The position numbers and the translations under genes were made by a program. Shown piece after piece: positions 8,611 to 16,378 of a stretch of DNA of 20,000 bases. The first letter of the stretch is position 1. The number at the start of each line of letters is the position of its first letter. This stretch comes from an uncultured virus (IMG/VR IMGVR_UViG_3300015607_002134) (lineage: Duplodnaviria; Heunggongvirae; Uroviricota; Caudoviricetes): positions 54,824 through 74,823 of IMG/VR virus record IMGVR_UViG_3300015607_002134. One strand, given 5' to 3'. The notes below the pieces were generated by a model, which saw only the letters and a list, made by a program, of their open reading frames with translations, made no database searches and was not told the origin of the DNA.

Positions 8611-10721
8611 TGTTGAGTCAATAAAGCTTTTATTCTTACCCCACCAGGTAAAGATGATGCTGTATATCTAATGTAGTTTCCAACTGTGTCTTCTGTATCT
8701 AACCAAGCATTCCAAGAAGAACCATTATCAGAAGAATATTCCCATGTTCCGAAGGATGATGATGTTACATTGTCGTCTAGTATTAAAGATCCGGTTGTTG
8801 CGTTATATAGTCTAATTCTCATATTAGGAATGTTTGATCCCCATAATATTGATTGTCTCCATGCAAATATGTTTGATGTAATACTTGAATTAGCTACTGA
8901 TGGTTGATAATGACCATCAGTTGATTGATCCTCATATATTAGACTCAATCCCATTATCCTGGATGGTATACAAGTTGTTCCAATCACCTTAAATGATATA
9001 GCAAACTGTATTTCAGTTCCATTTACGCCAGATAAATCACCACTATCATCTAATAGATTCCAAGATCCTGAATTATCAGATATACCAGATGTTCTATAAT
9101 AGACTCTATATGGTTCCGTCGCTAGTGAAAATGTATCTGTTCCTAATCTCTCAATATCATTTATATAAATATTATATAATTTACTAGAGTCTGATATATC
9201 AAATTTAGGAGTAATTAATAACTCATTATTATTGATCGCGAAAGTCCAATGTGATCCAATTGGAAGTGTATATAGTTGGTTAATTGCTGCTGTTGTACCG
9301 ACTCTAGCTAAATATAGAATTCCATTTTCTGACCAAACAGAGAATGGTGATGCCAAAATGGCTGGATGTGGAACTCCTCCCGAATCTGAAGTTGATTGGT
9401 CTTGTTGTTTATCATCAACTAGAAAAATATGATCGAATGGATCAGATGATGTATTATATTTTGTTACATAACTTCTAACACCTGCAGCACCTGATGTTGT
9501 TATTACCAGTCTATCTATACCTGTTGATATCTCACAAGAGGTCATCGCACCAGAGGCCAAGTATGTTGTTGTACCACCTGGTGGTATTTCAACCATAGTA
9601 TCTGATTGCCAAGTTGTTGAGCCATTTGTTATTGATGATATGTCAGATCTATATATACGAGTAGTTGTTGCAAAATATAGAGATTCTATACCATTTCCTG
9701 GACCATGGCTTAGTGTACCCACTCTACCATTATTTGCTTGTGATAAAGTACCGGTAACCGTTTGGTTTCCTGTTTTTATAATATTAGTCGTTGTATCTTT
9801 TCCGGCTGTTAATGTGAGAGCCGCTCTAAAATTATAAACAAAAACTGCTGCCCCTGTCACGTTTAATACATATACTCTTTGGTCTGTCCAAGATGTTCTT
9901 GTACCTAATGCTGATCCAGCAGCTGTAGTGTTAGTGACGGTTGCTGCATCTGCCAACCAATATACCGCTCTTATATTATCTACTGTTGTAGCAGCAGGTA
10001 TTGTTGTACCACCAGGAGTAAATATTTCTGGTCTTATACCTTTAGATACGAATAATCCACCATTTGTCACAGTAGCGTTTGTTGTTGATGTTATTATCAT
10101 AATATCTTCGATGACATACGGTGTACCTGATGAAATTGTCCCAGCAGAAGATGATAGGGTTATTGATGTGTCACCCCCAATAGATGATATTTCATACCAA
10201 GTTGATATTTGTGTTGGATCTGTTGATCCAAATCCAATTCTACTGCCAACAGACATTCTATCAGATGACCAATTTGTTGAACTACCTGTAACTGATGTTC
10301 CAGAAACTCCAACTGTTCCAGATGTATATAGTTCTCTACTCACTCTAAATCCTCTTATAGTATGTAAAGTAGCTGTTGGATATGTTAGTGTTACGAAACC
10401 TTTCCAGTTAAATGTAGAATTTGTTTTATTATACTCATATAATATAATTCTTCTAGTTGCAGCTGCTGTTGCGTTATCTGCTAAAAAAACCCAATCAATA
10501 GTATCAGAAAAAGTAACAACATGAGGATAAATTCCCGGTATGGCGGTTGATTGCTCCATTGGTCTGGTCATTCCTATCTTAGCAGGTCCAGCATATTTAT
10601 CCTGTGATAATGCACCAGTATATTGTTTAATAAGCGTACCTAAATTCGTCTTAGTCTGATCATATGACGATATAGGGGTTGTTGCACCAGTAAATTTGAA
10701 GTTTATAGCCTTTGTTGCCAT
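8607..10721 (-). CDS. Putative tail fibre / virion structural protein (T/S/G-rich, beta-rich)
   Basis: 704 aa; YTSGTVGVSGTSVTGSSTNW...YEISSIGGDTSITLSS module of the type seen in tail-fibre proteins. Confidence 0.7.
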   Translation of the reverse strand: MATKAINFKFTGATTPISSYDQTKTNLGTLIKQYTGALSQDKYAGPAKIGMTRPMEQSTAIPGIYPHVVTFSDTIDWVFLADNATAAATRRIILYEYNKTNSTFNWKGFVTLTYPTATLHTIRGFRVSRELYTSGTVGVSGTSVTGSSTNWSSDRMSVGSRIGFGSTDPTQISTWYEISSIGGDTSITLSSSAGTISSGTPYVIEDIMIITSTTNATVTNGGLFVSKGIRPEIFTPGGTTIPAATTVDNIRAVYWLADAATVTNTTAAGSALGTRTSWTDQRVYVLNVTGAAVFVYNFRAALTLTAGKDTTTNIIKTGNQTVTGTLSQANNGRVGTLSHGPGNGIESLYFATTTRIYRSDISSITNGSTTWQSDTMVEIPPGGTTTYLASGAMTSCEISTGIDRLVITTSGAAGVRSYVTKYNTSSDPFDHIFLVDDKQQDQSTSDSGGVPHPAILASPFSVWSENGILYLARVGTTAAINQLYTLPIGSHWTFAINNNELLITPKFDISDSSKLYNIYINDIERLGTDTFSLATEPYRVYYRTSGISDNSGSWNLLDDSGDLSGVNGTEIQFAISFKVIGTTCIPSRIMGLSLIYEDQSTDGHYQPSVANSSITSNIFAWRQSILWGSNIPNMRIRLYNATTGSLILDDNVTSSSFGTWEYSSDNGSSWNAWLDTEDTVGNYIRYTASSLPGGVRIKALLTQQ

Positions 10722-11545
10722 TATGTTTTATTTATTTTTAATGTTAGTGTAACTTGAGTTACTATACTTGATGACTCCACATTAAAGGCAATTATATCAC
10801 CTTCTGTTATTGTAGTGGACCATGCAGTTAATGTGTTATTGTTGTTTTTTATCTGAGATGATAAAGTTGGTTTGTCGATACCACATATCGAATCTGATAA
10901 AGTTGGTGGATAATTGGCGTATGTATCTTTCCAAACGTCAATTACAATACTTCCAGTTGCTGTAGACAATAATTCCCATCCAGTTATAACCCCTGAGTAT
11001 GGTACAGTTACATACGACTTAACTCCAGTTGTTATTGGAATAATTCCATTTCCTATACCAATACCTATTTGTCCTTTATTAGCAGCTGAGCTTTCACCAT
11101 TGTTGATGCACATCCAATATACATTACCAGTTATTGCGGGATTCGAATTTGAATTTATTCTGAATCCATTCTCCGTTTGGTTATCAATGGTCCAAGATCT
11201 AGATGAGTTGCCTATTACTGCGGTTGAGTAGCTAGATCCACTAAATGGTGTACTAAATGTGACTGTGTATAGTTTAGGATCACCACTAAATGATGCTCCT
11301 GATATAAATCCAGCTTTTGTTCCTTGATTTATTAATTTATTGTCAATGTATGATATTATTTTATCCGCTGTCCAAATGTCACTTGATGCTGTCCCAAAAT
11401 CATTAAATAAATATCCTGATGAATTTATCGAGTTTGTACCAAATATTAATATCTCACTTTGAGTGAATGATGAATTATTTGTTCCACCATTCTCAATTGA
11501 AACAAGACCATCTATTTGTTTAGCATTAATTTTACCATTTGCCAT
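10721..11545 (-). CDS. Putative tail fibre / structural protein
   Basis: NGGTN repeat motif, VTFSTPF...T.NGF.I (H-type-lectin/gp53-like) segment and C-terminal beta-sandwich. Confidence 0.7.
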   Translation of the reverse strand: MANGKINAKQIDGLVSIENGGTNNSSFTQSEILIFGTNSINSSGYLFNDFGTASSDIWTADKIISYIDNKLINQGTKAGFISGASFSGDPKLYTVTFSTPFSGSSYSTAVIGNSSRSWTIDNQTENGFRINSNSNPAITGNVYWMCINNGESSAANKGQIGIGIGNGIIPITTGVKSYVTVPYSGVITGWELLSTATGSIVIDVWKDTYANYPPTLSDSICGIDKPTLSSQIKNNNNTLTAWSTTITEGDIIAFNVESSSIVTQVTLTLKINKT

Positions 11546-11593
11546 AACTTATATATTAAAATATAAGTCTACGATTTTAATATATAAGTTATG
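11543..11593. repeat. Perfect 20-bp inverted repeat forming a divergent promoter pair
   Basis: CATAACTTATATATTAAAAT (11543-11562) and ATTTTAATATATAAGTTATG (11574-11593), 11-bp spacer; each arm contains TTAATATATA and the start codon. Confidence 0.9.
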
Positions 11594-11926
11594 AAATTGA
11601 AAAAATATAATGAATTTATAATTGAGTCAAACTCTAATGGTTTTAATTCATTGGGTGAATGGGTTGAGTCATTAATAGATGATGATTATGTTAAAAACAT
11701 CATATCGAGATATACTAAGGATATAGATCCAGATATTGAACTTTCAAATGCTATAAACATCTTAGACGAGAGAACCAAGTCTGAGATAAAATCACAGATA
11801 GATAATTATCTAGAAAATGGTATCGAAGAAAAAGATCCCACTATCGTAGCATCAACCGATATAGAAGAATTAACCGAGGCAGAAATCACTATGGCTGGTA
11901 AAGGAATATTTAGTTCATTCCTTTGA
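11591..11926 (+). CDS. Acidic putative internal head protein, probably 3'-truncated
   Basis: N-terminus MKLKKYNEFIIES; ends abruptly at GKGIFSSFL overlapping an opposite-strand fragment. Confidence 0.6.
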   Translation: MKLKKYNEFIIESNSNGFNSLGEWVESLIDDDYVKNIISRYTKDIDPDIELSNAINILDERTKSEIKSQIDNYLENGIEEKDPTIVASTDIEELTEAEITMAGKGIFSSFL

Positions 11927-12202
11927 TGGACTTATAACAACACCTATATGTGACTCAAAGTAACAACCATTGGCTATCTCTTTCCCAGTTGAAATAACTG
12001 GCGCACCAGGATGCCAAGGTACGGTTTCTATCTTCTTTCTAACAACCTTATATCCATGTAGATCCAACTCAAATGCTATCCTCTCACACTCAATATATGC
12101 TGATTTGTTATCACCGAAGTGTTTTGATGATGTCATTATATCTTTCAGAACTGACCCACCATTTATCTCTAAATCAAGTATAATTGGTTTAACTACTACC
12201 TT
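11915..12202 (-). pseudogene. Internal fragment of a protein-coding gene
   Basis: Protein-like frame KVVVKPIILDLEINGGSVLKDIMTSSKHFG...KIETVPWHP...YFESHIGV runs 22 codons upstream of the internal ATG with no ATG at its 5' end, and ends abruptly. Confidence 0.5.
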
Positions 12203-12245
12203 TTATAGTTACTTCCTCTTTTATAAATTTTGAAAAATCTTTCAT
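12189..12245 (-). pseudogene. 18-codon N-terminal gene remnant (MKDFSKFIKEEVTIKGSS)
   Basis: ATGA overlap with the 12242 stop; capsid-targeting-like N-terminus followed by an early stop. Confidence 0.4.
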
Positions 12246-12766
12246 TTCCTGTTCCTAACCTCACCAGTCCAAGTAGATGCTGCTCCACTTGATATGGATA
12301 TATATTTTATCACACCATCAAATGGTAGGACAAAGGGGGTTGTATTGAATGGTAATCCATCTCCACTTCTTAGATAGATGTTAGATACATTGTTGCTTGC
12401 TCTGGCCCCAGTTAATGTGGCTGATGATATGTAGTCTATTGTCTTAGATGCGCTCCATACATCACTTGAACTCGTTCCAGAGTCATTGAAGACTTTTCCG
12501 GATGATATAACGGAACTTGTTGTTGAATTAACTATTAATATTTGAGAAGCTGTAAATGATACATTCCCTAATCCACCTCTATTCAGAGGTAGTGATCCTG
12601 TCCAACCTACTGTGAAAGAGTGTGTCGTACCAGATGTAGCTATTGTTAGAGTTACATTTGAGTCGTTATTAGATGTAATGTATTGATCAGAAAAGGTTAA
12701 CCCATTTATGGTCTTTACCACCGTGTTGTCAACTATTTGTTTACCATTAATCCTACCGTTAGACAT
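12242..12766 (-). CDS. Tail-fibre-like paralogue of 10721..11545, probably C-terminally truncated
   Basis: MSNGRINGKQI vs MANGKINAKQI; SFTASQILI..SSG..FND.GT.SSD.W.A.K.I.YI is shared. Confidence 0.7.
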   Translation of the reverse strand: MSNGRINGKQIVDNTVVKTINGLTFSDQYITSNNDSNVTLTIATSGTTHSFTVGWTGSLPLNRGGLGNVSFTASQILIVNSTTSSVISSGKVFNDSGTSSSDVWSASKTIDYISSATLTGARASNNVSNIYLRSGDGLPFNTTPFVLPFDGVIKYISISSGAASTWTGEVRNRK

Positions 12767-12793
12767 TTAAAAATTTATTCTTTTGCTATTTTA

Positions 12794-12835
12794 TATATAT
12801 TAAAAATGTTGCGGTAAAAGAACATTTAATATATA
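12794..12835. promoter_or_regulatory. Second divergent pair of TTAATATATA boxes
   Basis: TATATATTAAAAATGTT...AACATTTAATATATA near-perfect inverted repeat between divergent genes. Confidence 0.65.
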
Positions 12836-12859
12836 AATTGGGTAAAAAACAAAAACCAA

Positions 12860-14197
12860 ATGGATTTATATAATAACGAGATGAGTAAATTAGTCACATT
12901 AAACGGAATTGATGATCAAAAACTACTTGATGAGATCATTGATAATGAAATAATTGTTATCGAAGATATACAAGGTAGCAAGATATGGGTAAATTGGGAT
13001 GGTGAATCATTCACTATAAAACCAAAATCTATAAGTAATAATGCTATAAATCTTATAGATTTAGCAATGCAGAATTATTACAACCCAGCAACAAACTATT
13101 TCAATTCACTTGATAGTAGAGTTAGGGGACTTTTAAATAAAAAATGGTGGTTCTGTTTTGAATATTTTCCAGATGAGCAACCAGCAAATATTGAATATCA
13201 AAAGTTACCAAAGAATAATTTAGTATTAACTTCAATATGCAAGAATGGTAAATATGACTACTCAATAGAGGAATTAGACGAGTATGCTAGATTGTTTGAT
13301 GTTGATGTGATTCCTATTGTTTTTCAAGGAAAACTTTCACAAAGAATGATAGAAGCTATTAAATACTTCATTAATACCAGTGAGGATGATTTAGAGTATG
13401 TTTTTGGTGAGAAGTCATTTGCTTTCTTCTTCTATAAAATACTAAATCCAGCATCTGGTAATTCATTCCTAATGGATGGTGAGAATTTCCAAAACAATTT
13501 AGAGAAGCTTATAATCAGAGTAAAAGATAGAGATATTTCATTTGAAATATTAAATCCTCTTTATAAGAGAGTTTCTGATACCAATAATACAGAATTTGTT
13601 GAGATATACACTCTAATACTTGTTAACTTTTTAAACTTCTGTCAATCTGTTGATCTTAAAGATATTAAACTTAAAGGTGAAAAGAAAGATGAAGTTTATA
13701 TTTACTTAATGTGTAAGTTATATAACATATACTTATCAGAAGTAAAGGATGATTTAGTTAATTTTGATTTTGTTATCCCTGAATTCTTTGATAAGGATAA
13801 ATTCAAAATTAACAGAGAATTGATTTCCAATAAACTAACTAAGGAGTATATAAGTGAAAATGATAAATTAGAATACATTTTTAAAGTTATTTTAGGTTCT
13901 TTCTCGAAGAAAAGAAAGAAACCAATAGGTGTATTTACTGATAATACTGTTAATCTATTTAATGCTTTTGTTGATGATATTAGTAATTATATCGATGAAT
14001 ATCTTAATAAGATTCGTGAGGTTGAATTAACAAGAGCTGGTCTATTAGACTTTGGAGATTTCTTTGAAATAAAGTATGACCAAGACGCTGAGGGTGAGGT
14101 ATATCCTGATGTTTATTCTGAATTCGAGAAACAACCAGATGAGTCGAAGAAAAAAGGTAAAGGTGGTAAAGGCGCTCTTCCTAAAATGCCTAAGTAA
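12860..14197 (+). CDS. RNA ligase (Rnl2)-like protein with degenerate motif I
   Basis: VIEDIQGSKI in place of EKxDGxN, FCFEYF (motif III-like), VIPIVFQG, LEKLIIR (motif IV-like); helical C-terminal region. Confidence 0.55.
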   Translation: MDLYNNEMSKLVTLNGIDDQKLLDEIIDNEIIVIEDIQGSKIWVNWDGESFTIKPKSISNNAINLIDLAMQNYYNPATNYFNSLDSRVRGLLNKKWWFCFEYFPDEQPANIEYQKLPKNNLVLTSICKNGKYDYSIEELDEYARLFDVDVIPIVFQGKLSQRMIEAIKYFINTSEDDLEYVFGEKSFAFFFYKILNPASGNSFLMDGENFQNNLEKLIIRVKDRDISFEILNPLYKRVSDTNNTEFVEIYTLILVNFLNFCQSVDLKDIKLKGEKKDEVYIYLMCKLYNIYLSEVKDDLVNFDFVIPEFFDKDKFKINRELISNKLTKEYISENDKLEYIFKVILGSFSKKRKKPIGVFTDNTVNLFNAFVDDISNYIDEYLNKIREVELTRAGLLDFGDFFEIKYDQDAEGEVYPDVYSEFEKQPDESKKKGKGGKGALPKMPK

Positions 14198-14198
14198 T

Positions 14199-14411
14199 AT
14201 GAAAGAAATTAATATGAGTATTAAGAGTGTTAAAGTAGAGGCTACCACAAGACATGTTAGAGCTCAGTGGACCGCACAAATGGCTAGTGATATAGCATCA
14301 TTGACATCAATTGATTTCGAGGCGGAGCTTAGAGCAATACTTAGACAGCAGAATAGAACAGAGAAGTTATCTAAAATTTTAAATTCAGTTAAACATTATA
14401 ATAGTTTTTAG
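14199..14411 (+). CDS. 70-aa gp23 major-capsid-like fragment with C-terminal RTEKLSKIL motif
   Basis: Likely start ATG 14199, just after the upstream stop; EINMSIKSVKVEATTRHVRAQWTAQMASDIASLTSIDFEAELRAIL matches the conserved gp23 segment EAKSRQLKAAYSIELAQDL...DADAELSGIL (recalled). Confidence 0.7.
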   Translation: MKEINMSIKSVKVEATTRHVRAQWTAQMASDIASLTSIDFEAELRAILRQQNRTEKLSKILNSVKHYNSF

Positions 14412-14423
14412 TTATAAATTTCC

Positions 14424-15650
14424 ATGAATGTAGTTGTTAATTGGAATGATGTTAATCGAACATCGATTCGTGAGAAGTTAAGTTATAAGAAAAACAGTCT
14501 TCAATTCTTACCACAGTGTATAGAGAATATATCAGACAATGATTTCTTTACCTTTAAGGGTAAGAAACTAAAAGTCGCATACGTTGTTGATATAGTTCAC
14601 AATTTAATATTAAAATATTATTTCAAAAAGGATAATCAATTTAGCTTATCAGCAGTTGTGTTGAAAGATAAGTATGGATATCTTTATAATTATTATATTG
14701 ACTATCTGGTTAGTAGAAATATCATTATGATGTTGGTTAACTATAAATCAGGTACTAGATCACGAATCTATGCATTGAATGAGTCTGTACTTAGAGGTAA
14801 GATTAAACGATATAGAAATTCTGATAAAGTATTACTTAAAAAGTATAAAAATAAGGTATCTCAGGTAGAAGAGGGTGGAATAGAGAACTCATTAATTGAT
14901 TCTGATGTTAAATCTAAATTAGTAGATGACTTATTTCATATCGAAATTGAATTTGATAGGTCTATATTCTATCTTGACTCACTTAAGAACGAAGATACTG
15001 ATATTTATAATCGAAATAAGTATAGTGTCGAGTGTATCAATGATAAACACATATTTTATCACTTTGATAATTATGGTAGAATGCACACTAATTTTACAAT
15101 ACTTAAATCTTTCATAAGAAAGAACTGTCTTTTGATAGATGGTAAACAAACTTGTGAGATTGATATTAAGAACAGCCAACCATTGTTCTTATCTAAACTA
15201 ATTGAAGATAGTCATACTAAGTGGGTGAATGATGATGAGTTACAGTTATTTAAGTTCTTAACCACAACTGGTAAATATTACCAATATATAATGACTGAAT
15301 TGGGTATAACAAACAAGGGAGATGCCAAAGAACTGACATATAAGGTTTTATTTGGTAGGAACGCGAAGAATAGTAAGCCTGATGCTTTATTTTCGAGTAT
15401 TTTCCCAACTATACATAATTTTATAAAGCTTTATAAGAAAGAAATGGGTGACTATAAAATTTTAGCATATGAGTTACAGAAGGCAGAATCAAATTTAATT
15501 TTCAATAAAATCATTAGACAAATAATGACACTTTATCCAGAGATAAAGATGGTGACGGTACATGATAGTATTATTGTCCCGATGGAGGATAAAGATAGAG
15601 TTTCAGCTATTTTTAATTCTAAACTATATGAAGAATTTGGAATAATATAA
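14424..15650 (+). CDS. Minimal family-A polymerase-like protein (TV-Pol-like) with probable N-terminal winged-HTH
   Basis: GRMHT; motif A EIDIKNSQP; motif B K...YKVLFG; LQKAES; motif C TVHDS; no exonuclease domain recognisable. Confidence 0.7.
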   Translation: MNVVVNWNDVNRTSIREKLSYKKNSLQFLPQCIENISDNDFFTFKGKKLKVAYVVDIVHNLILKYYFKKDNQFSLSAVVLKDKYGYLYNYYIDYLVSRNIIMMLVNYKSGTRSRIYALNESVLRGKIKRYRNSDKVLLKKYKNKVSQVEEGGIENSLIDSDVKSKLVDDLFHIEIEFDRSIFYLDSLKNEDTDIYNRNKYSVECINDKHIFYHFDNYGRMHTNFTILKSFIRKNCLLIDGKQTCEIDIKNSQPLFLSKLIEDSHTKWVNDDELQLFKFLTTTGKYYQYIMTELGITNKGDAKELTYKVLFGRNAKNSKPDALFSSIFPTIHNFIKLYKKEMGDYKILAYELQKAESNLIFNKIIRQIMTLYPEIKMVTVHDSIIVPMEDKDRVSAIFNSKLYEEFGII

Positions 15651-15661
15651 TTATATATACC

Positions 15662-15823
15662 ATGATGAAAACTTTTTATTTAAAACAAAAATCTAATAAA
15701 AATGAGATAATCACCAGAATTGAAGCAGTTTCAATTGATCAGGCAATTAAGTTCTTTTCGAGAATCAAAAATCTTGCAAAGGATGACCTATTAAAGATAT
15801 TTATTGTAACTGATCAGTTATGA
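15662..15823 (+). CDS. 53-aa protein absent from the ORF track
   Basis: MMKTFYLKQKSNKNEIITRIEAVSIDQAIKFFSRIKNLAKDDLLKIFIVTDQL; fills the intergenic gap. Confidence 0.65.
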   Translation: MMKTFYLKQKSNKNEIITRIEAVSIDQAIKFFSRIKNLAKDDLLKIFIVTDQL

Positions 15824-15841
15824 TAAATTAATATATACTTA

Positions 15842-16378
15842 ATGATAGGTTTGGATCAAGCTACATCTTCTTATGTGATTATAACGTCTGATAAAATAGA
15901 CGATATTGAGACTGTTTTATACGGCAGAGACTATTCTATTATCCCAATCAAAGAATTTTATAACGGTGATTATAAGAACTCAATCATATCATATGGTAGA
16001 GTTGATAATGATAATTTAAGAAGAGATGTCCTTTTCTTACTTGATAAGTTTAACTTCAACTCAGCAATCATAAAATATCATGGAGAAAGTGTTATTAAGA
16101 GAATTAATAGAGATGGTTCTGAAGTTCCTCTTGATTTAGTTATGTATAATACTGATTTCAACAAACCTTCTTATTTATACAATGGATATTCATTCTCTTT
16201 TAATGAGAAAAAGAGATACTACTTTCCTTCTAAGAAAGAAGATATTAAAAAGGGTATGATTGTTGAGTTTTTTACAAATAATAAATGGGTTGAAAAACAA
16301 GTTTCCAACCCAGAATTAGAATATGAGAAGATGTATAAGCTACTTATTAAGTATAATAAGTTAAGAATTGCTATATAA
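15842..16378 (+). CDS. Hypothetical protein
   Basis: 178-aa ORF with TTAATATATA 4 nt upstream. Confidence 0.75.
   Translation: MIGLDQATSSYVIITSDKIDDIETVLYGRDYSIIPIKEFYNGDYKNSIISYGRVDNDNLRRDVLFLLDKFNFNSAIIKYHGESVIKRINRDGSEVPLDLVMYNTDFNKPSYLYNGYSFSFNEKKRYYFPSKKEDIKKGMIVEFFTNNKWVEKQVSNPELEYEKMYKLLIKYNKLRIAI

Noticed and set aside
8686..11231. Plus-strand ORFs inside the tail-fibre genes, including 198-aa 9928..10524
   Set aside because: Antisense open frames expected from Thr/Ser/Gly codon bias; no motifs or promoters.
11970..12233. Plus-strand 87-aa ORF
   Set aside because: Antisense to the more protein-like minus-strand fragment.
14076..14198. N-terminal extension of ORF 14076..14411
   Set aside because: Overlaps the upstream gene out of frame; ATG 14199 fits gene packing and the gp23 similarity. 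The listed starts at 7495, 17994 and 17981 were moved to 7408, 17910 and 17996 for similar reasons.
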